From IMG/VR virus record IMGVR_UViG_3300021400_004415: a stretch of 64,000 bases of DNA. One strand, given 5' to 3'. The notes beneath the pieces are model-generated. The model was not told the origin of the DNA and searched no databases. It saw only the letters and a list, made by a program, of their open reading frames with translations. A program made the translations under genes and the position numbers. This document shows, one piece after another, positions 47,628-55,026 of the stretch. How positions within the stretch are numbered: the first letter of the stretch is position 1; every line of letters starts with the position of its first letter. The DNA is from an uncultured virus (IMG/VR IMGVR_UViG_3300021400_004415) (taxonomy: Duplodnaviria > Heunggongvirae > Uroviricota > Caudoviricetes).

Positions 47628-47872
47628 CCTTACCTTTGCGAGAGATTTTTACCCGACCTATGGGACCTTTGGGCCCATGGGGATGGGAAAAATCTAAGCG
47701 AGGTAAAGGGAACAAAATCCTTCCGGTCAAGGGTTCCCCGCGAAAACACGACCGCAAGGCCCCGTACGGGGCCGCAGCCGAGCGCAGCGAAGGGGCTACT
47801 GCACGGTGGAGGTTTTCGCAGGGGAAGCAATGGAACGAGCTCCGCGAGTGGAATCCCTTGACTGGAAGGACC
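47628..47872. promoter_or_regulatory. Structured repeat element F, putative ssDNA promoter / ssi
   Basis: TACCTTTG box; shares ACCGCAAGGCCCCGT..GGGGCCGCAGCCGAGCGCAGCGAAGGGGCTAC with element A. Confidence 0.7.
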
Positions 47873-47908
47873 ATTACTTGATACATTGGTACGGTTGCCC
47901 GGTTTCTT

Positions 47909-48589
47909 TTAATCCTCGAAGCGGATACTTGACAGGACGGACTGGTAGTCGATATCGTCGCCCTTTTTGCTTGCCTTGTCAAGCGCGTCAATGAGCATCT
48001 TGTCATTCTTGTCGTTCCAGTTGTACGCTACGAGGAACGAGTCTTCATCGAAGTCCATGGAGGAAAATACCTTGCATCTGCTCCAGTTACCCTTATTGTC
48101 TGTCCCGACGGCATAGTAAAGCGCCTTGCCCGTGTTGTCCTGGATAATACCCATTATGTTGGCCCACTGGGAATTGGGGAACTCCTGGTCGGGGCCGAAG
48201 TGCCAGCGGCGCGAGGCCTCTTCTGCATCTTCTATGAAGGTCTTGTCGACTCGCAGTACGATAATGTCGTCTTTCTTGTCCTCATCAATGGGGACGAAGG
48301 TAACCTGTGCGTCTTCTATGTTGGAACCGATGCAATTTTTGATTTCATCCTCGAAGACATCCCAGGCGAACGCATAATCCTCTTCATCATCGGCGGGGCT
48401 CGTGATAGTCTCGTTGGTGATTAGATTCTTCCAAACCTCCTTGTACTTGATATCCGATTCGTTGTGAATCTCATATGTGAGTTTGCCGCAAAGGAGTTCC
48501 CTGATATTATTGCTGTCGTAGGTGCAGGCGATTATTATGCTTCCTTTTATGTCGGTACGGGTAACGGTGTAGATAGCGTTTGTTAACAT
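47909..48589 (-). CDS. Acidic hypothetical protein
   Basis: 226 aa, D/E-rich. Confidence 0.75.
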   Translation of the reverse strand: MLTNAIYTVTRTDIKGSIIIACTYDSNNIRELLCGKLTYEIHNESDIKYKEVWKNLITNETITSPADDEEDYAFAWDVFEDEIKNCIGSNIEDAQVTFVPIDEDKKDDIIVLRVDKTFIEDAEEASRRWHFGPDQEFPNSQWANIMGIIQDNTGKALYYAVGTDNKGNWSRCKVFSSMDFDEDSFLVAYNWNDKNDKMLIDALDKASKKGDDIDYQSVLSSIRFED

Positions 48590-48616
48590 AGTTATGTTTG
48601 TTAGTTTGTTATTCTG

Positions 48617-49864
48617 TTAAAAAGGGTAATCTAAGTTTTCTTCTGTTTCGGCCTCTGGGGTCGAACAGGTCGGCACGATGGCCGTTTTGCTTTGAAGCAT
48701 CTCGATGAGTTGTTTCGAGTTCTTCTTTATCTGTTTTTCAATTATTTCGTGAATGTCTTTTCCACTGGTTTCGATGAAATTGTTTTTGTAATATGTATAG
48801 TTGAATTTTAGTCCGTTTTCTGAATTGTTGCGGGTCATTATGAGGATTCCTTCGTTTTTGTCGTCCCTGTAGTGGAAAGTCATAGTTTCGGGGCTGTCGA
48901 GAGGCTGGTTACAGTCTATGATGGCATTCGTAAGGTTCATCGAAGTGCAGATTTTATATCCCTGGGCCGTGCTTGTGATAGGCTCCATATTCTTCAGGTA
49001 TGCGGGATGATTGTATTTTATTATGCAATTCCTGAACGCATTGTATTCCACGAGGATGTCGTAGTATCTGCCAATCAATTTCCTGGCTGTTTCGAGCATC
49101 TGGGGTAAGTTCCCGTGCGGGTCTATGGTGCAACCGACCTCTCTTGCGTATTTTGTGACCATATTGAATGCGCGGTACTCGTGTTGGGTCTTGCTTATTC
49201 TGCAGGCCTTCTTTATTGCATAGTCGAGGTGTTCGGGCGCCACGGCCGCCTTGATGGTGCTTATGCCGTTTATGTTACCGTCATATATGGACATTTGGAA
49301 CCATTTTTCAATGGTCTCAGGTGATGCCGTCGTTATGCCGTACTTTGATTTGAAGCTCTCAATCAGGAGGTCTTCGCGTGTCCTTATCTTCCCTGCAACC
49401 AGTTTCTTGATTACGGTTTTATTGATAAGTTCGGGTTGCACTTTCTCATATGTTTGTACGCTTGCTCCCGTCGGGAGGTCTATGATGGGCTCGCTGATGT
49501 TCTGTGCTCCCAGTTCCTCTGCAAGGATTGTGAACATAACGGAGTCTCTGTAGTTCTCTCCGCGGAACTTGCCGTTTATAATCGAGAACTTGGATACCCA
49601 TTCTCCTTTTACGGCATAGTTCGCTCCTAATTTCTTGAGCCCTATATGCCTGCGTCCTACGAATACATTTTTTCTGTCGTTGTCTATGCGGCAGAGGATA
49701 TAGTTTTCTACCAGGTCACCCCTGTTGTAGTAATGGGCTAGCACGGCTTTCGGGAGTTTCTTCAGTTCGTCGAAGGCGATTGGGCTTTTATCGATGTTGT
49801 AACGGGTCGTCGTTGTGCCGTTCTCGTCGGTGCCGTAATTGATTTTTTCGGTGTAGATAGCCAT
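48617..49864 (-). CDS. Hypothetical protein with acidic-PF C-terminal tail
   Basis: 415 aa ending EAETEENLDYPF. Confidence 0.75.
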   Translation of the reverse strand: MAIYTEKINYGTDENGTTTTRYNIDKSPIAFDELKKLPKAVLAHYYNRGDLVENYILCRIDNDRKNVFVGRRHIGLKKLGANYAVKGEWVSKFSIINGKFRGENYRDSVMFTILAEELGAQNISEPIIDLPTGASVQTYEKVQPELINKTVIKKLVAGKIRTREDLLIESFKSKYGITTASPETIEKWFQMSIYDGNINGISTIKAAVAPEHLDYAIKKACRISKTQHEYRAFNMVTKYAREVGCTIDPHGNLPQMLETARKLIGRYYDILVEYNAFRNCIIKYNHPAYLKNMEPITSTAQGYKICTSMNLTNAIIDCNQPLDSPETMTFHYRDDKNEGILIMTRNNSENGLKFNYTYYKNNFIETSGKDIHEIIEKQIKKNSKQLIEMLQSKTAIVPTCSTPEAETEENLDYPF

Positions 49865-49882
49865 ATTTTTTCTTTTTTTTAT

Positions 49883-49908
49883 CCCCGGCCTCCGTATGGG
49901 GGCCGGGG
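49883..49908. terminator. GC hairpin between genes
   Basis: CCCCGGCCTCC-GTAT-GGGGGCCGGGG. Confidence 0.55.
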
Positions 49909-49918
49909 TTGTTTCTTT

Positions 49919-50722
49919 TTAGAATGGGAGGTCTGCTTCATCATCTTCGAAGTCGGGGGTGTCTTCGATTTCCTTTTCCTTTTCCTTTTCCTTTTCCTTG
50001 TCAAGCCGTTCGAGTCTGTCGCAGAGGTCCTGGTCCAACTGCTTCGTCAGGCTGAACAGGAACCATTTCTGAGTAAGGTTTTCGTTCAGTTTCTTGAAAA
50101 GGATTACAAGGTCCGCATAGTCGTTGAAATTCTCCCAGCAATCTTCCGCCATTGTCCCGGCGTCTTTTACTTCAATCATCTCCATGAATACCTCTTCCCT
50201 GCTGTTTCTTGAGGAAATTGTACCACAGATAGGAATGTTGTAACAGTCGCCGGAGAATCCCATTGTCTCGACCGTGTCGATAATCTTGTTGACTGTTTCG
50301 GTAATGCACTTGTGGGCTGTTTCCTGGATTTCATCGTAGATTGTGCGGGCGTCTTTCCCTTCTACGCTTATCTCTTTTGTCTGCCTGTCAAAGGACTGCT
50401 TTGTCTCTGCCTGTATCTTTTTGAACTTTTCTATAAGTTCATCGACGCTTTCGGGCTGGTCGTTCCTGGCGTAGAAAATCCTTTCGGTCTGGTAGTATTT
50501 CGGCATCATCGAGGTGCCGGGGTCTTCGGTCGCCGTTTCCATTTCCTCCCTTGTGTCGAATTCAAGGATTTCTATGGGGTTGTAGTCTCCGGGCTTGTAT
50601 CCGAGTTCCTCGGAGTAGATTTTCACCCATGTCTCGGCGTCCCAGCGCTCGTCTTCGTGGTTTGTCATCGCCTCGTAGGCCTCGTCTCCGTAGAGTACGA
50701 TTGCTTTGAATTTAGTGCTCAT
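49919..50722 (-). CDS. Acidic hypothetical protein with SSB-like C-terminal tip
   Basis: 267 aa ending DFEDDEADLPF. Confidence 0.75.
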   Translation of the reverse strand: MSTKFKAIVLYGDEAYEAMTNHEDERWDAETWVKIYSEELGYKPGDYNPIEILEFDTREEMETATEDPGTSMMPKYYQTERIFYARNDQPESVDELIEKFKKIQAETKQSFDRQTKEISVEGKDARTIYDEIQETAHKCITETVNKIIDTVETMGFSGDCYNIPICGTISSRNSREEVFMEMIEVKDAGTMAEDCWENFNDYADLVILFKKLNENLTQKWFLFSLTKQLDQDLCDRLERLDKEKEKEKEKEIEDTPDFEDDEADLPF

Positions 50723-50752
50723 TTTAAAAGAGTTTAAAAGTGTGTTCAGGTG

Positions 50753-50940
50753 CTAACTTGCGTTAATTTCATCACCCCTGGCGGGGGCTTGTCCCCCAGA
50801 GGGGGTGGGAAATTTGCGCAAAGGAAAGCACCGGAACTTCTTGCCGGCAAGGGTTCCACAAGAAAATACTACCCCCTTGCGGGGTGGAGATTTTCTTGTG
50901 GAAGGAGCCGGAGGCGACCAGCGCCCTTGCAGGCGAGAAT
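50753..50940. promoter_or_regulatory. Structured repeat element G, putative ssDNA promoter / ssi
   Basis: TAACTTG box; TTCCACAAGAAAATACTACCCC..GGGGTGGAGATTTTCTTGTGGAA core; CAAGGG..CCCTTG stem. Confidence 0.7.
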
Positions 50941-51142
50941 CCCTTACCTGTCTTGCCGGAGGCTGTATGACTGTTCGTCCGTTTTCTGTTCGGCGTTGCT
51001 GTTTTCTGCGCTTGCAGGGTGGGTGTGGGGCTTGCCGGTCACCCTGTTTGTGTCGGTGTCCTTTGTCCTTCCCCTTTCCTGAACATAAGGAAAGCCCCTC
51101 AGTCTCCTGAAGGGCTCAGTGTCTGTGGAGAGAGGGGTCCCG

Positions 51143-51520
51143 CTATTCGGCGGGTACCTCCTCGTTGGCCTCGGCCTCTTCGGAGCTGGGCTCCTCTGCC
51201 TCAGGGGTGGGGAACTCGATGTCGAGGACGTGGAGGTCCACCTGGCTGAACTTCTTGCCGTCGGGGGCGGTCCAGTTGTTGGGCTTGTCAAAGCCGCTAA
51301 CGTGAACGAGGGTGCCCTTGGTGAGCTTGTCGAGCGGGAGCTCGCGTTCGTTCTTGCGTCCGAGGTTGGCGCTCATCACGCAGTTGACAAAGAGGGCTTC
51401 CTTGCCGATGTGGCGGATGATGGTGAAGCGTACCATTGCGGTCTTGCCGTCTTTGGTGAAGGTCTTGGCGTCAGCGATGAGGCGTCCGGTCTTGATGTTG
51501 CGATTGTTGGTCTGTTCCAT
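51143..51520 (-). CDS. ssb: Single-stranded DNA-binding protein
   Basis: TGRLIADA..RFTI..FVNC..LTKGTLVHVSG; acidic tail ends EEVPAE with no terminal Phe. Confidence 0.85.
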   Translation of the reverse strand: MEQTNNRNIKTGRLIADAKTFTKDGKTAMVRFTIIRHIGKEALFVNCVMSANLGRKNERELPLDKLTKGTLVHVSGFDKPNNWTAPDGKKFSQVDLHVLDIEFPTPEAEEPSSEEAEANEEVPAE

Positions 51521-51548
51521 AATGATTTATTTTTTAGGGTTTAACTTA

Positions 51549-51743
51549 TTTTCCGGGTGCAATACAGGGGACGCACTCCCGCTCCGTCAAGGATTCACGA
51601 CGGAAAATTACCGGAGCTGCAGGGAACCGAAGCGAGGATGAATTTTACCGTGAACCCAAGGTCGTGAAGACGCGGGCCGTTGGATCCGCGTCGAGCAGTC
51701 CTTGACGGGCGAAGGAGAAGGGAACTAAATTTGTACCCGAAAA
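51549..51743. promoter_or_regulatory. Structured element H, Frpo-like ssDNA hairpin promoter upstream of ssb
   Basis: TTTTCCGGGTGCAA pairs with TTGTACCCGAAAA and CCGTCAAGGA with TCCTTGACGG; right arm carries TTG-21 nt-TAAATTTG. Confidence 0.75.
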
Positions 51744-52522
51744 TACAGTGACAAACCCGCCCGAAAAAGAAATCTGGGACAGGCCGACGCGCATCAAGGT
51801 TCCGTCGGGCGCCTGCCGACGCTAAGAGTGTAACAGGGCGGTGTCAAGACCATTGGACATACGTTTCACCTCCGCCGCATCTTGGCGGGGAGTCATAGGC
51901 CCTTTGTCGCGTGATGGGTGCTGACAAGGATAATGCAAGGAGGGCCGTGCCCGGAACGATAGATGCTCACAGGGCTTCATCCCTCGTGTGCAGCGGCGGG
52001 ACATGGAAGCCCGCGCTGTCCCGCCCCGGCAAGGGTCTGCCTTTATGAGGTGGGCCTGTCTCCCGATAGGGGATTCCCCGCCTGCGGGGCGGACGTGTCA
52101 CACGGTGGAGGCCGTGGCCCGGGGCAGGGTTCTCCTGCCCTGCGGGGGTTTCTCTCCGGACGGGAGGCCTGGGGACTGGGATGTATTGAAGAAGGTGAAG
52201 GGAAAGGGGAGGGGCTTTGCCGTCGCTATCCTTGAGCATATTCGGGGCGGAGGGACGGGAGGTGTGAGCGAGGGGGCGGAGTTCCCCGGTCGCCCTCCCT
52301 CCCGACTGTTCCCGGGTGCTCATGGTGCGGCGGATCATGCCCGGGGGCTTGTCGGAATGTCCGTGTGTATCTGAATGTCCCTTTCTCTTTTCACCTTTTT
52401 CGCAGAGCAAAGGTGTTTTTCTGTGTCCGGGTGTGGGGTATGGGGCCGGGCGTCGAGGTGTACGCCTGTCTCCCGGCCCCCGGAGATACTTGGTGAATTT
52501 TTGTTTTTGTCCTCTTTCGTCA

Positions 52523-52583
52523 GTGGTACCGTACCCCTGTTCTCTGGTGGTACCGTACCTCTTTCCTTGGGTGGTACCGTACC
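52523..52583 (+). repeat. Three copies of GTGGTACCGTACC, 24-bp period
   Basis: Copies at 52523, 52547, 52571. Confidence 0.85.
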
Positions 52584-52698
52584 CCTTTTCCGTGACCTTG
52601 CGGCACGGCCGTCCTCGCGCACGTATATATGCGCACGTACGCATTACTACGCTTGAAGCGTGTAACTATTTATTTTCTGTTTTATCTATTTAATAATG

Positions 52699-52994
52699 GT
52701 TACCACTTACTACTGACCGCTTTTTTGCGGATTTCGCTGCCAGAGTTGTCCCGGTGGGCGTTTTGCCCTTTTCCCGTTGGTTACCACTTACTACTGACCG
52801 CTTGCATAAAGTTACCACTTACTACTGACCGTTTTCGTTAAAGTTACCACTTACTACTGACCGCTGAGGGGTAAAGTTACCACTTACTACTGACCGATTC
52901 GTCCAAAGTAACCACTTACTACTGACCGCTCGGCCCAAAGTTACCACTTACTACTGACCGCCGGAGGGTTAAAGTTACCACTTACTACTGACCG
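52699..52994 (+). repeat. Iteron array, 8 x GTTACCACTTACTACTGACCG; probable replication origin
   Basis: Copies at 52699, 52780, 52811, 52843, 52876, 52908 (one mismatch), 52940, 52974; 31-34 bp period; AT-rich tract ~52660-52697; adjacent to Rep-like gene. Confidence 0.88.
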
Positions 52995-53014
52995 CTCGCG
53001 GTCTGACTGTAACA

Positions 53015-53043
53015 ACAAACCCCGCTTGGAGGCGGGGCTTGTT
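53015..53043 (-). terminator. Terminator-like hairpin after rep
   Basis: AACAAACCCCGC..GCGGGGCTTGTT. Confidence 0.6.
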
Positions 53044-53044
53044 G

Positions 53045-54331
53045 TCATTCTTCTGTTTTCTTGAAGTGTTCCCAGAATTTGAACTTGTCCGATAGTAGTG
53101 TTTTCTGGATCCAGCGGTCGTAATCTTTCTTGTCTTTGTACTTGGCGCACGATATGAGGAAATCAACCCTTTTTTCGATGTCGTTGGGGATTGTGGTGGC
53201 CGCGATGTTGATGAAGGTGTTGATTATGGCGGCCGTAAGGGTTTTCCTCAGGTTGTCGTTGTCATCGGCCAGCCATTCGAAGAAATACTTGTCAGCGTTC
53301 TTCATCTGTTCGTAGGAGCGGTAAGGACAGGCCAGGGCGAGTCCTATCTTGAGTTCGGTTACGGCGACGTCGAGCTTTTCTTCTCGTTTTATGGCCTGTA
53401 CGGCGTATCCGTCCTTCCCGATGACTTCTCCCACGGCTGGATTGAAGTGGAAAAGGGGAGTGTACTTCTCCTTTTCTCCATTGGATATCCACTCTACTTC
53501 AAAATCAAGCTCGGTCTCTTTGAAGATTTTTTGAAGTTTTGCATTGAGTTTGCTTTTCAAGAATTTCGGTTCCAGATTACCGCCCACCTTGGCAAGGGAA
53601 CACAGATAGGCGAAGTTGGGGGTGTCGTCAGGCGTCGTGCTTGTGAGTCCCTTTGCAAAGAGGGCTTCGCGGAGCCGGAGCAGGTGATGGTACAACGGAC
53701 CGAGGCCGCTCTTGCGGAGGTTGATGAGGCTCTGTGTGCTGGTCGTGAGGTAATAGGTCGAAAGGTTGCGGCGGAAGTCTTCTTCAAGCTGGTAGCCGTA
53801 GATTGTCTTCCCGGTGATGCGGTCCTGCTCGATGAAGAAGTTCTTGAGGATTCGCAGGGGCTGGATTTTCCTTACGAGCCTTTTTGTCGAGTTCTCGACC
53901 ATGGTGTTCATGACGTAGAGCGGCATGTACGATAGGGTGAATAGCGCGTTTTCTATATTGTTGGTGTAGACGGGCTTGTTTGTGTCGGTTGTACGGCGGC
54001 GCCTGTTGGTCTTTTCGTTGTTCCGGAAGTTCAGGACTTTCTGTTGATACGGCTTCTCGTTCTGTTTCTGGAGGAAATCGGGACGGAAACCGTATTTCTT
54101 CCCGAAGTCTTCCGGGTCGATAATCCCGAAGCCGAATTCATTGTACTGATGCTCGTAGCAGATGTCGTAGACAATGGATTCCGCGATGTGGTTCCCTGTT
54201 ACCTGGTAGAGCGCATCAAGGTTTTCCTTGGTGATAACGCTGCGGTCCATTCTGAAGAAGTCGGGGCTGTTGAAACTTTCGGTCATATCGAAATGCAATT
54301 TGTTTTCGGCAAAGATAATTGTTTCCGACAC
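53045..54331 (-). CDS. Probable plasmid replication initiator
   Basis: 428 aa, directly adjacent to iterons; call rests mainly on context, family not recognised with certainty. Confidence 0.6.
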   Translation of the reverse strand: MSETIIFAENKLHFDMTESFNSPDFFRMDRSVITKENLDALYQVTGNHIAESIVYDICYEHQYNEFGFGIIDPEDFGKKYGFRPDFLQKQNEKPYQQKVLNFRNNEKTNRRRRTTDTNKPVYTNNIENALFTLSYMPLYVMNTMVENSTKRLVRKIQPLRILKNFFIEQDRITGKTIYGYQLEEDFRRNLSTYYLTTSTQSLINLRKSGLGPLYHHLLRLREALFAKGLTSTTPDDTPNFAYLCSLAKVGGNLEPKFLKSKLNAKLQKIFKETELDFEVEWISNGEKEKYTPLFHFNPAVGEVIGKDGYAVQAIKREEKLDVAVTELKIGLALACPYRSYEQMKNADKYFFEWLADDNDNLRKTLTAAIINTFINIAATTIPNDIEKRVDFLISCAKYKDKKDYDRWIQKTLLSDKFKFWEHFKKTEE

Positions 54332-54357
54332 GAATACAAAAACTTTTATTAAAAATC

Positions 54358-54388
54358 TTTTGTGTTTAAAAGAATTTGCTTATCTTTG
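54358..54388 (+). promoter_or_regulatory. Bacteroidetes -33/-7 promoter for the tra/pilus operon
   Basis: TTTG about 18 nt before TATCTTTG (54381-54388), 32 nt ahead of the ATG at 54421. Confidence 0.65.
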
Positions 54389-54420
54389 CACCGTGCCGGA
54401 AAGACCGGTGCATAGTGCTT

Positions 54421-55017
54421 ATGCTGAAAAAGATTTGTAATGTTCTGATTGTTTGCGCTTTGGTGTTCGGCCTTTCTGAAAGGGCGTTCGCCCAGCGTAC
54501 CATGGACGGACAGATGTTCGCTTCTGTTTCTTACGTCAACGGACTTTTCCCCGAAAGGGCCCTTACACAGATTGGCGGTGAAGCCAACCTGGGTCAATAT
54601 ATCCTTTCTTCCTGTTATTGGGAGGCCGGCGTACGCTACAACCCTCTGACAAAGATGCAGACGGTAGGAAGCCTGACCGCTTTCGGCGGCTTCAATTACC
54701 GTATCGCAAACACCCGTAACCGTGCGTTTAATCTTTATGCCGGCGGCAGGCTCTTCCTCGGTGTGGATTACACCGAAGGGTCCAATCCCGTGGAGGAGAT
54801 TGTCATCGGTACAGGCTCGTCTGTTCAGGTGACCGATATAGAGGTCGAGCCCGGGAAGACGCGTTTTATGATTGGTATCGACCCTGCCATTGAGATGGAA
54901 TGGTTCTTTGTCAAGAAGATTGCCCTGGTAGTCCGTGTCTCGGCCCCTGTTAAGTTTATGACTCAGCAGCAGTTCTTCTCCGGTAGGGCCGGGGCGGGAC
55001 TGCGCTTTAATTTTTAA
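54421..55017 (+). CDS. Outer-membrane beta-barrel, TraO-like
   Basis: Signal peptide AFA-QRTMDGQ resembles Bacteroides TraO N-terminus; ends GLRFNF. Confidence 0.55.
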   Translation: MLKKICNVLIVCALVFGLSERAFAQRTMDGQMFASVSYVNGLFPERALTQIGGEANLGQYILSSCYWEAGVRYNPLTKMQTVGSLTAFGGFNYRIANTRNRAFNLYAGGRLFLGVDYTEGSNPVEEIVIGTGSSVQVTDIEVEPGKTRFMIGIDPAIEMEWFFVKKIALVVRVSAPVKFMTQQQFFSGRAGAGLRFNF

Positions 55018-55026
55018 TCGCGTGAT

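Noticed and set aside
11798..51520. Prophage
   Set aside because: Many phage-like small genes but no capsid, terminase, tail, integrase or lysis genes; flanked by relaxase, par and iteron-rep modules.
51822..52693. ORFs between ssb and the origin
   Set aside because: Low-complexity translations produced by GC hairpins and the 24-bp repeats.
52699..52994. CRISPR array
   Set aside because: Repeats are 21 bp with mostly 10-13 bp gaps, non-palindromic, helically phased and next to a Rep-like gene; no cas genes. Iterons fit better.
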